Origin: Pseudomonadota bacterium | Lineage (GTDB): Bacteria > Pseudomonadota > Gammaproteobacteria > BMS3Bbin11 | Direction of reading: 5' to 3' | NCBI GenBank assembly: GCA_034659075.1 | Contig: JAYEGM010000222.1 | Location: 290 to 64,289, forward strand | DNA: 64,000 nucleotides | Shown here: piece by piece, positions 31,555 through 40,537 of the stretch | How positions within the stretch are numbered: the first letter of the stretch is position 1 | How the letters are laid out: every line of letters starts with the position of its first letter | Translations under genes and position numbers: made by a program | The notes under the pieces: generated by a model | What the model was told of the DNA's origin: nothing | What the model saw: only the letters and a program-made list of their open reading frames with translations | Database searches by the model: none

Positions 31555-34004
31555 GAAAAAAGCCAGCTAACGCCAATAATATCGGTACAATCTATACCAA
31601 CCTCCCGGTAAAGATTACCGGCATTGTTTTCTGGGGTCTGGTTCTGCTCGGCCTGGTTGCATCAGCAGCATTCATCAGTTTTCTTGAGTCCCAGCTCACT
31701 GCTGAACGTGAGCTCAAACTGGATCTCACACATGACTCAGTAAAATACATATTCAGCACCCCGCAGCCTGCATCCCCCCTCAACTACAGCTCAGCGCTTG
31801 AAACTCTCCGTCAACGTTTTGGGTTTAGCGCCATGGAAGTACGCCTTAATAATGAAGTCATACAAGCCGGGGAATACCAAGCTGATCTGGATGTCAGTGA
31901 AACAACTTTCCCCGTTTATACTTCATCAAAAGACGGCATAAATTTTCAGCAGCAAGCCAGAGTAAAGATATATTTATCGCCATTGAAAGATGAAATCACC
32001 CGCTACCGGAAGAATATCCTGGTCATCATGGCGGCAATTTTTCTGGGTTTCGGTCTTATTCTTCAGGCTATTTTGAAACATGTACTGTCACGCCCCATAA
32101 TCAACATGGTACAGACTGCTGACAGTATAGTCAGGGGTAACAGCAGTATCCGCTTCGATGAAAAAAGAGAGGATGAATTCGGCTTTCTCGGTTCCTTCAT
32201 TAATCGGGTACTCGATCATCTAACGACAAAGCAGGAGGAACTTGAAAATTCGCTTTCCGGACAGCAAATTGCAGAGCAATTCCTGTCCCGTGAAAAGGAA
32301 CGTGTTGAGATCACTCTTTATTCAATTTCCGATGCTGTCATCACGACTACACGTTCCGGCCACATTGATTTCATAAACCGTGCGGCAGAGGAGCTTTCCG
32401 GACTTAATGCCACAAGCTTGCACGGCAGGGAAATCAGTGCGGCTTTAAAATTACATTTTGATGATGGCAAAACACCGATGCAGCTTCCGGTAAATGCAGC
32501 TGTACACACGAATACGGACATCAAACACGTGCCCCTCAGAGGCACATGTGTAGTTATCCGTAATAATGGGAATAAATTAAATGTCCGCTATAACGTCGCG
32601 CCAATTCTGGATCGAAAAGGCGTCGTTATGGGCAGTGTCATCGTCCTTCATGATATTACAGATACACTGGCACTGACAGAGAAGCTTTCGCATCAGGCAA
32701 CGCATGACAGTCTGACCGGTTTGTTCAACAGGGCAGAATTCGACCATCGCATTCATCTCCTGCTTAAGCAATTACAAAACTCGAAAATTCATACCAAGCA
32801 TGCGCTGTTATATATGGACCTGGATCAGTTCAAGATTGTCAATGATAGCTGCGGCCATATGGCAGGGGACCAATTGCTTAGACACATCAGTGAGCGATTA
32901 CAGCAACGTCTTTCTGATTCCGGCACTCTTGCTCGTCTGGGTGGGGATGAATTCGGCGTATTGATCGAAAATTGCAATAGAATATCTGCACATAAAGTAG
33001 CAGATGAACTAAGAAAAGAAGTTGAAAATTTTCGCTTTCAATGGCAGGAAAAAACCTTCAGCCTCGGCATAAGTATCGGTGTCGTCATGATAGATAAAAA
33101 TAGCGAAAGTCCTGACCTCCTTCTCAGCATGGCTGACCGTGCATGTTATGCTGCCAAGGATACAGGCCGCAATAAAATTTGCATGTATCAGCCCAATGAT
33201 ATCGAAATGGTCCGGCGCAAGCGTGACACGCAATGGGTATCTCGCCTGAGAAAGGCGCTGGAAACAAACAGCCTGTTACTTTCGCAGCAGGCTATCGTAG
33301 CTGTTGGATCAAAGCAGAAGCACGGCAGTATGTTTGAAATACTGGTAGGTCTTGAAAATAATGAAGGTGAACGTATACCAGCAGGTGCTTTTCTGGCTGC
33401 AGCTGAACGGTTTGGCCTGATGCCACAAATGGATCGCTGGATCATTAACAATATTTTTCTGTGGTTGTCTCGCAACCCGGAGCAGTTACATCAACTTGAT
33501 AGATGCATGATCAACCTTTCCGGGCAGACACTCAATGATGAAACTATTGCCAGTTACATCATGAAATGCATGGAAAAATCTTCCATACCTGCTGAAAAAA
33601 TATGCTTTGAAATCACAGAAACATCAGCAATTTCGAACCTCGCAAAAACCAGCCGCCTGATCAGAAACCTGAAAACTGAAGGCTGCCACTTTGCCCTTGA
33701 TGATTTTGGGTCAGGCATGTCTTCCTATGCCTACCTTAAACATTTGCCAGTAGACTACATCAAGATTGATGGTATTTTTGTTCGTGATTTAGCTGAGGAC
33801 CCTATCGATCTTGCACTGGTACACTCGATCAACGAAATCGCCCATATTCTTGATAAAAAGACTATCGCTGAATATGTGGAGAATGATGATATACTGAAAA
33901 AGTTGCAGGAAATAGGCGTCGACTATGCTCAGGGCTTCGGTATTGCCTACCCGGAAGCGATTAAGGAAGAAATACCACCGGATGGTTCACAGGCATCGCA
34001 ATAA
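31551..34004 (+). CDS. Membrane sensor diguanylate cyclase/phosphodiesterase (HAMP-PAS-GGDEF-EAL)
   Basis: Start at ATG 31551 (MRKKPANAN...), overlapping the upstream stop; GGDEF motif RLGGDEFGVL; EAL motifs EITETSAI, LDDFGSGMSSYAYL. Confidence 0.9.
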   Translation: MRKKPANANNIGTIYTNLPVKITGIVFWGLVLLGLVASAAFISFLESQLTAERELKLDLTHDSVKYIFSTPQPASPLNYSSALETLRQRFGFSAMEVRLNNEVIQAGEYQADLDVSETTFPVYTSSKDGINFQQQARVKIYLSPLKDEITRYRKNILVIMAAIFLGFGLILQAILKHVLSRPIINMVQTADSIVRGNSSIRFDEKREDEFGFLGSFINRVLDHLTTKQEELENSLSGQQIAEQFLSREKERVEITLYSISDAVITTTRSGHIDFINRAAEELSGLNATSLHGREISAALKLHFDDGKTPMQLPVNAAVHTNTDIKHVPLRGTCVVIRNNGNKLNVRYNVAPILDRKGVVMGSVIVLHDITDTLALTEKLSHQATHDSLTGLFNRAEFDHRIHLLLKQLQNSKIHTKHALLYMDLDQFKIVNDSCGHMAGDQLLRHISERLQQRLSDSGTLARLGGDEFGVLIENCNRISAHKVADELRKEVENFRFQWQEKTFSLGISIGVVMIDKNSESPDLLLSMADRACYAAKDTGRNKICMYQPNDIEMVRRKRDTQWVSRLRKALETNSLLLSQQAIVAVGSKQKHGSMFEILVGLENNEGERIPAGAFLAAAERFGLMPQMDRWIINNIFLWLSRNPEQLHQLDRCMINLSGQTLNDETIASYIMKCMEKSSIPAEKICFEITETSAISNLAKTSRLIRNLKTEGCHFALDDFGSGMSSYAYLKHLPVDYIKIDGIFVRDLAEDPIDLALVHSINEIAHILDKKTIAEYVENDDILKKLQEIGVDYAQGFGIAYPEAIKEEIPPDGSQASQ

Positions 34005-34039
34005 CAGGTTTCAGGTTTCAGGTTTCAGGTTTCAGGTTT
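34005..34039. repeat. Perfect tandem heptamer repeat (caggttt)x5 immediately after the GGDEF-EAL stop codon
   Basis: Read directly from the sequence. Confidence 0.9.
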
Positions 34040-34112
34040 CAAGATGAAAACTGAAAACAATTATTTAATCAGAGGCTCCTTAAACTGTAGTAAAATTATC
34101 ACTCAATCCTCA

Positions 34113-34745
34113 TCAACCATTCGAAATATCCCCAAGCGATTCCTCTGCTATTTCACGTACCATTGCCGAATCATCATTTATACATTCCTGCAGTCGTTTA
34201 ATCGCCGCATCACTCCCCTGCAGTGAAAGAAAATGACAGGCGTCTGCTCGTGTTGTTTCGTCCACTGATTTAGACAGTTGAAGTAAATCAGGCAAAATAT
34301 CGTTAAGTGCAGCAGGGTCTTCCCGCAGGTCTTCAAGGATGGCACTTATGCCAATACGCACAGACATCGGTACCTCTTCCTCTCTTAACAATGCCAAAAG
34401 CTCAGATAGCTGAGATTTGTCACGTTCAATCAGTGCAGAAACCTCATCAAGCTGTCCATTTTTCAGCTGCTCAAAAAGATACTGTCGCTGGCCATTATCA
34501 CTGCCTGACATCTCGATAGCTTTCTCTAAATCAGCCCGGGATTGTGCACCGGCGAACTCCATCTCGCCCAGCTTTAACCACGGTACCGAGCGAACATTGT
34601 ATTTAGCTGCTTCATCAGGCTGCTCTGCAATATTGATCATTAACAAGCGGGAAATCTTGCCTTCTTTAAGCAAGTCACCCAGTAAGCTCATCATCGTGCT
34701 GCAATACTGACAGCCCGGTGCAATCAGCAGTTTTGCTTCTGTCAT
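34113..34745 (-). CDS. Thioredoxin-like (CxxC) domain fused to HEAT-repeat domain
   Basis: N-terminal APGCQYCS ... VRSVPW (thioredoxin-fold CxxC and cis-Pro); C-terminal PBS-lyase-type HEAT repeats (AMVREIAEESLGDI). Confidence 0.6.
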   Translation of the reverse strand: MTEAKLLIAPGCQYCSTMMSLLGDLLKEGKISRLLMINIAEQPDEAAKYNVRSVPWLKLGEMEFAGAQSRADLEKAIEMSGSDNGQRQYLFEQLKNGQLDEVSALIERDKSQLSELLALLREEEVPMSVRIGISAILEDLREDPAALNDILPDLLQLSKSVDETTRADACHFLSLQGSDAAIKRLQECINDDSAMVREIAEESLGDISNG

Positions 34746-34755
34746 AAGGGTACCC

Positions 34756-35448
34756 TCATCCTCTATCAGGTAAATCTTCAGTAAAAACTCGTCTTAACTG
34801 TCTGGAAATAAAAGAAAGAGCCTGATGCTCCTCAACAAATTCTTTGTAATGGGAATCTGAGCTAAGCACGTTCCCACAGACCTTTTCTTCAAGCTCTGCC
34901 CATCTACTGCAATTATTATAGATCTGGCTCAGCTCACTTTTACTAAACTGAATTTTTCGTTGATATGAACCCTGGTTTGACATAAAACCATCATCCAGCT
35001 GTGACACATCAATATAGGCCGCCATAACCTGCCTGAAATCGGTCAGTAAATTCTCGGTGCGAATCCAGTGATAGATGCTGTCCAGTTCATAATAATCAAA
35101 AATCACCTCATCAATTTTCACCAGTCGCCAGTCAGAAGTATAGGGCTCCAGCCACCAGATCATCCCCTGTAGCAACTGCCTTCGGGTGTAAGGCCGGTCA
35201 TCATTGCCCGGATTCCACTTACTGTGCTGACTATAGTGCACCCCCCAGCTTTTTAGTAATGAAGGCAAACGCCTGATATTTGAAATCCGGTTAAGTCCTG
35301 CGATGCCTTCCTGCCTGAATGAGTTGTGTTTTTCCTGCCCGTCAATAAACCGTAGGCTACCGTCATCCACAGTACGAAATAATAAATGCGTACTGTCTCC
35401 GCCTGTTTTGGGTATATGCGCCCAGGCGAATCTTTCACCTATAGCCAT
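34756..35448 (-). CDS. Putative sulfotransferase-family protein
   Basis: N-terminal HIPKTGGDS resembles the PAPS 5-prime-phosphosulfate-binding loop (PK[ST]G[ST]) of sulfotransferases; 10-nt gap to the downstream trx-HEAT gene suggests an operon. Confidence 0.45.
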   Translation of the reverse strand: MAIGERFAWAHIPKTGGDSTHLLFRTVDDGSLRFIDGQEKHNSFRQEGIAGLNRISNIRRLPSLLKSWGVHYSQHSKWNPGNDDRPYTRRQLLQGMIWWLEPYTSDWRLVKIDEVIFDYYELDSIYHWIRTENLLTDFRQVMAAYIDVSQLDDGFMSNQGSYQRKIQFSKSELSQIYNNCSRWAELEEKVCGNVLSSDSHYKEFVEEHQALSFISRQLRRVFTEDLPDRG

Positions 35449-35546
35449 CTATAGCCACCATTTACCCATTTGAGGGTGCAATCACGACCAAGCTCTCAAA
35501 CATGTCTTTTTAAACTGCTATAATCAGCAGCCGATTTATCGAAATA

Positions 35547-36581
35547 GTGATTCTAGCATTGAAAATTGCACATTGGTTATTGGGGATTTGCCTGCTGATC
35601 TTTCTAATGGTAGTGATCGGCGGCATGACACGCCTGACTGGCTCCGGCCTTTCCATGGTTAACTGGGCTCCGGCAACAGGATTCATTCCTCCGTTTACAG
35701 AAGCCCACTGGCAGGAACTGTTTGACAACTACAAACAGTATCCGCAGTTCCTCAAGCTTAACCAGCATATGGAACTTGTCGACTTTAAAGGTATCTTCTG
35801 GCTGGAATTCATTCATCGCGTACTGGGAAGAGTCATCGGCCTCGCTTTTTTACTGCCTTTTCTTTATTTCTGGTTTCGCGGCATGATTACAAAAAGTCTG
35901 GCACCAAAACTCGTCATCATGTTTATTCTTGGCGGCCTGCAGGGCGTTCTGGGCTGGTACATGGTCAAAAGCGGCCTGGTCAATGATCCGCATGTCAGTC
36001 AATACCGGCTAACAGCCCACCTGATGCTGGCGGTGGCTATCTACTGCTATGCACTGTGGGTCGCGCTTGGCCTGTTAGCAGAGGACAGGCCAGCTACAGG
36101 CTATACAATGGATATTGAAAAACTCACGGGAAAAAGCCTGCTATTGCTGGGGCTGGTGCTCATCACCATGGCATCAGGCGGTTTTGTCGCCGGTCTCAAG
36201 GCCGGACTGATTTACAATACCTTCCCACTAATGGGTGACAGCCTGATAGCCCCCGGAGTCTATTCCCTTTCGCCCTGGTATTTGTCCGCATTAGAAGATG
36301 CCGTTACAGTGCAATTCAATCACCGCCTGATTGCCCTGACGACTTTTTTCCTGATTGTCGGTTTATTTTTTTACAGTCGTAAACTTGACCTTCCCACACT
36401 GACAAAAAACCTGCTGACCCTGGTGCTGGTTGCCAGCATAATTCAGGTGAGCCTGGGAATTTCGACACTGCTGCTGAAAGTCCCGCTGGTACTCGGAGCC
36501 AGTCATCAGGCCGGTGCACTGATATTGTTGAGTAGTCTGCTGCTGCTGTACCACCATGTGAAAAATACAAAACCGGTATGA
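35547..36581 (+). CDS. ctaA: Heme A synthase (COX15/CtaA)
   Basis: 344 aa polytopic; GGMTRLTGSGLSMVNW ... HR motifs typical of COX15. Confidence 0.9.
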   Translation: MILALKIAHWLLGICLLIFLMVVIGGMTRLTGSGLSMVNWAPATGFIPPFTEAHWQELFDNYKQYPQFLKLNQHMELVDFKGIFWLEFIHRVLGRVIGLAFLLPFLYFWFRGMITKSLAPKLVIMFILGGLQGVLGWYMVKSGLVNDPHVSQYRLTAHLMLAVAIYCYALWVALGLLAEDRPATGYTMDIEKLTGKSLLLLGLVLITMASGGFVAGLKAGLIYNTFPLMGDSLIAPGVYSLSPWYLSALEDAVTVQFNHRLIALTTFFLIVGLFFYSRKLDLPTLTKNLLTLVLVASIIQVSLGISTLLLKVPLVLGASHQAGALILLSSLLLLYHHVKNTKPV

Positions 36582-36695
36582 GCATGGGGCTGTAGTGATT
36601 AACACGAAACTTAATAAATATAAACACTAGGGAACTCGAAGGAACTCACTATACATAACTGGTGTCTTTATTCTTGACAATAACAGGAAAACACC

Positions 36696-37682
36696 ATGTT
36701 CATAATACGATCCAACGATATCGGACAAAACTCTGGTATCAGCCCCAGTGAAATTACCAGTCAAGAAGTCTTCCAGTCACGCCGCCGTTTTCTGCAGGGA
36801 GGCGCCGCACTGGCTGTCGGCAGCGGCCTGGGCATAACATCCATGCTGGCGACACAAAAAGTCGGCCACGCAGCTGCCAAATTCAGCAACCTTATCAAAA
36901 GCCCCTTCAATACGGACGAAACGCAGACTCCCTATAAAGATGTCACGACCTATAATAACTTTTACGAATTCGGCACCAGCAAGGCCAGCCCGGCTGGCAT
37001 GGCGAAAAACTTTAAAGCTGAACCCTGGGCCATTGCCGTCACAGGTGAAGTAGAGAAACCACTGACGCTGGATATGGAAGACATACTCAAACGATACACA
37101 ATGGAAGAACGCATCTATCGCCTGCGCTGTGTCGAAGCCTGGTCTATGGTCGTGCCCTGGGTCGGCTTCCCGCTGGCGAGTTTAATCAGGGATCTGAAAC
37201 CCACTTCAAAAGCAAAATATGTCGCTTTTCGAACACTGCATGACCCGAAGCGAATGACAGGACAGAAAACTTCCCTGTTCGGCAGTGGGCTGGACTGGCC
37301 CTATCGCGAAGGCCTGCGCATGGATGAGGCCATGAATCCGTTGGCCATACTCGCTGTGGGTTTATACGGGGAGGTTCTGCCAAATCAAAATGGCGCACCT
37401 ATACGCCTTGTTGTGCCCTGGAAATATGGTTTCAAAAGTATCAAATCGATTGTTTCGATTGAGTTCATCGAGAAACAACCCGAAACGACCTGGGAGAAGT
37501 TAGCGCCAAAAGAATATGGCTTTTATGCCAACGTCAACCCTGAAGTCGATCATCCACGCTGGAGCCAGGCCAGAGAGCGGCGGCTGGGCGAGTTCCGTAA
37601 ACGCAAAACGCTAATGTTCAATGGCTATGAAGAACAGGTCGCCGGCATGTATAAAGGCCTTGATATGAAGAAGTTCTTTTAA
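36696..37682 (+). CDS. msrP: Protein-methionine-sulfoxide reductase catalytic subunit MsrP (YedY), Tat-exported molybdoenzyme
   Basis: Tat signal [15 protein letters not shown]; sulfite-oxidase-fold sequence; followed 5 nt later by msrQ. Confidence 0.92.
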   Translation: MFIIRSNDIGQNSGISPSEITSQEVFQSRRRFLQGGAALAVGSGLGITSMLATQKVGHAAAKFSNLIKSPFNTDETQTPYKDVTTYNNFYEFGTSKASPAGMAKNFKAEPWAIAVTGEVEKPLTLDMEDILKRYTMEERIYRLRCVEAWSMVVPWVGFPLASLIRDLKPTSKAKYVAFRTLHDPKRMTGQKTSLFGSGLDWPYREGLRMDEAMNPLAILAVGLYGEVLPNQNGAPIRLVVPWKYGFKSIKSIVSIEFIEKQPETTWEKLAPKEYGFYANVNPEVDHPRWSQARERRLGEFRKRKTLMFNGYEEQVAGMYKGLDMKKFF

Positions 37683-37687
37683 GCTCC

Positions 37688-38311
37688 ATGACGAACAGAC
37701 AAATCACTTTCACAAAAATAAGCGTTTTCTTTCTGGCGCTGGTCCCATTTTCTCTACTTTTATTACGCGCCTGGAACAATGAGCTGGGGGCCAACCCTAT
37801 CGAGGCCATCACCGACATGACCGGCATTTGGACTATACGCTTTCTGGCCATTACACTGGCCATCACTCCCCTGCGCAGACTAACAGGACAGGTGATATTC
37901 ATCCGTTTCCGACGCATGCTTGGACTGTTCACTTTTTTCTATGCCAGTCTGCATTTCCTCACCTATGTCTGGCTGGATCAATATTTTGACTGGCCATTTA
38001 TAGTTAAAGATATTGCCGAGCACCCCTATATCATCGTCGGCTTCACCACTTTCCTTATCTTGCTTGGCATGGCGGTAACATCGCCTCGTTTTATGGTTCG
38101 CAAGATAGGTAAGAACTGGAAAAGATTGCATCGCCTGATCTATCCAGCAGCCTTCCTTGCATCATTACATTTTATCTGGCTAGTGAAATCTGACATTCGT
38201 GAACCACTACTTTATTTTGTTCTATTTACTGTGCTTATGCTATTGAGACTGCCGTCAGTGCAGCAGAAAACACCACTAGTCTCCAACTGGTTTCGTTCTG
38301 TAAAGATTTGA
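37688..38311 (+). CDS. msrQ: Protein-methionine-sulfoxide reductase heme-binding subunit MsrQ (YedZ)
   Basis: 207 aa, 6-TM ferric-reductase-like with conserved His residues; operon with msrP. Confidence 0.9.
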   Translation: MTNRQITFTKISVFFLALVPFSLLLLRAWNNELGANPIEAITDMTGIWTIRFLAITLAITPLRRLTGQVIFIRFRRMLGLFTFFYASLHFLTYVWLDQYFDWPFIVKDIAEHPYIIVGFTTFLILLGMAVTSPRFMVRKIGKNWKRLHRLIYPAAFLASLHFIWLVKSDIREPLLYFVLFTVLMLLRLPSVQQKTPLVSNWFRSVKI

Positions 38312-38400
38312 ACTCTATGTTCATTTCTTTTTTTATGAAAAAAGAAATCCACCCAATATGTTGGCCTACGGCTGCTCTGCGTTCTTCTGGGGTAGACGAC

Positions 38401-38417
38401 AAAAAAAAAGGGGGGGG
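38401..38417. repeat. Homopolymer tract A9G8 in the msrQ-batD convergent intergenic region
   Basis: Read directly from the sequence: aaaaaaaaagggggggg. Confidence 0.9.
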
Positions 38418-38597
38418 CGTGTCAGATCATAACCGAAGCCCCAGCTCATCCTGAAATTCTCGACAAAGGTAAAATCGAACAGGCCGTCGCATGCAGCTGT
38501 TCGTATTGCAGCAGGCAAATGCTTTAGCATCGATTTTGACCTGTATATCTCTTTTTGTGTTATCAAGCGGTGCGCTTGTCTGAGGTATTTTCGATCA

Positions 38598-40427
38598 TCA
38601 GTCAGGATAAAGAGGCTCTAATACATCGCGGACAGGCTTTTCACTTGCCCTGAAAGCCAGGCCATTCCTGAATTTTTCATAAAACCGCCGGCCATCCCAG
38701 CCCGTCTCATCCGTGGCATAAAGAAACCTGTCCAGCAGGATCAACTCCTCACTGCCCTGATCCAGCAAGGCCGCCAGAGCAGGCAGGGTTTTCGGTGGGT
38801 TTTCCGGTTTCGCCAGGGCGGCCATTTCCAGCAGGACGTCTACCGCAGCATTCGCATCATTACTATTGCATGCTTCATGTAAACGCTTCTGCAACTCACG
38901 CTGGCTCCGTATATGTTCTGCATTATCTTCTGCAACAAAAGGTATATTACGGCCCTTATCAGCGTTTTTACCAGAGACTCTATTCCGTCGCAGAAACAGT
39001 GCAATAATCAAAACCAGAAGTATCAGCAACAACCAATATTTCTGCAGAGTATTACCTAACCAGCCTGTCTGCCGGCGGCTGTCAGGATCATCTACACTAT
39101 CACCTATGGGTAAATCCGACATCTGGCCTGCCTCGGCTGTATTTTCAGTCTGTACCACAGAACCAGCCGGAAGATTTTTTCCGGCTACTACATCCACACT
39201 CCATTGAGGCAGCACCGCCGTGCGTTCAACTCCTGCCTCGGTATCCCACCAGTGTAATTTCAACTCAGGGATGACCAGTGCACCTGCCTTTGTCGGCATA
39301 TAAGTCAGGTTTTGTTTGCTGATACCATATACCCAGACTCCATCAGTTTGGGTTTCCGATACAGGCTGTTCCGGATAAATCTTAACGCCATCCACCTCAT
39401 TGACGTCCAGAGTTGGCAGCAGAGTTGCCAGCATGCCTTTTGCCTGAATTGTAATGCTGCGGCTGACGGGCTCACCGACTTTAAATTCCGGTGGCTGTTC
39501 AAGCCAGCTATCATTAAGTTTCAGTTCCGCCGATGGCAGCCAGTCGCTGGCTGAGTATGAAGCTGGACGTGGCAGGACCTGAATACTTAACGCCTTACCC
39601 TGTACCGTAACGGGTCTTCCACGGTCAAACGCGCTGGCAAATGGATCGCCGCCAAAAAATCGCCGCATGCTCGGGTCAATACCAGAAGGCTGTCGCCTGC
39701 CTGCCGTCCTGCTAACCAGACTTCCGGTGAAACGTAATGGCGGTATCACTAGCTCACCGCTTTTTTCAGGAAAGATCGCATAGCGACGCTCAATAACGGT
39801 AAATGGCTTGCCGTTGCGCTGGCTGGTATAACGTTTATTCTTAGCTAGCTGTTCAACCAACGCATTATCAGGTGCAGGCTCGGACAAGCTGCCATCCAGT
39901 ATAGGCTGATCAAAAACCAGCCGCACGGTGTAGAGTATTTGCTGCTGTAAATAGACAGGCTGGTCAGATGAAGCAACTTCGGCCTCTATAAAAATGTGCT
40001 GACCATCTTTCGCGGAGGATGCCACTGGCGGCGCTGATACTGTAACCTGTATCGGATTGGTCAGTTCTTTGCCTACCCGCAGTGACGGGATATGGAGCTT
40101 GCCGCTTGTTTTTGCCTGCAAACTAATCGTCCACGATGTTTTTGACGTCATCACACCATTGATAATCTGTACCTGCTGGCTGTTACCGGTACCCAGAATT
40201 TGAAAGTCTTTCTCCAGCAGCGATAAATCAGGCATTTCACGCTGCTTGCCATCACTGCTGATGAGCAGGGTGAAACTTTCACCTTCATAGACTATCGGCC
40301 TGTCGATACTCGCCTGCACAGATGCCTGGCTGAGTGATGTCGCCGTCAATAAGCCAAGTATTACCAGAAACTGGACAAACAACTTTCCATTTCTTGAAAT
40401 CATAATTTTTCTATAGTTCCACTTCAA
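38598..40427 (-). CDS. batD: BatD-family protein (aerotolerance operon, signal peptide plus C-terminal TM)
   Basis: 609 aa; signal peptide; C-terminal TM LLLILLVLIIALFL; last gene of the moxR-DUF58-batA-batB operon. Confidence 0.75.
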   Translation of the reverse strand: MKWNYRKIMISRNGKLFVQFLVILGLLTATSLSQASVQASIDRPIVYEGESFTLLISSDGKQREMPDLSLLEKDFQILGTGNSQQVQIINGVMTSKTSWTISLQAKTSGKLHIPSLRVGKELTNPIQVTVSAPPVASSAKDGQHIFIEAEVASSDQPVYLQQQILYTVRLVFDQPILDGSLSEPAPDNALVEQLAKNKRYTSQRNGKPFTVIERRYAIFPEKSGELVIPPLRFTGSLVSRTAGRRQPSGIDPSMRRFFGGDPFASAFDRGRPVTVQGKALSIQVLPRPASYSASDWLPSAELKLNDSWLEQPPEFKVGEPVSRSITIQAKGMLATLLPTLDVNEVDGVKIYPEQPVSETQTDGVWVYGISKQNLTYMPTKAGALVIPELKLHWWDTEAGVERTAVLPQWSVDVVAGKNLPAGSVVQTENTAEAGQMSDLPIGDSVDDPDSRRQTGWLGNTLQKYWLLLILLVLIIALFLRRNRVSGKNADKGRNIPFVAEDNAEHIRSQRELQKRLHEACNSNDANAAVDVLLEMAALAKPENPPKTLPALAALLDQGSEELILLDRFLYATDETGWDGRRFYEKFRNGLAFRASEKPVRDVLEPLYPD

Positions 40428-40537
40428 TTTGTTAGCTCTGTGCAGGTTTCCCTTAAGAATTAAATCCAGGCTAACGCTGTATTAACATCCTTCTCATGTT
40501 CATCAGCGGGTAAAAACGGTCCATGATTTCTCCTCTC

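Noticed and set aside
38366-38566. 66-aa minus-strand ORF spanning the A9G8 tract
   Set aside because: No RBS, lies in a convergent intergenic region, and is interrupted by a slippage-prone homopolymer; likely non-coding.
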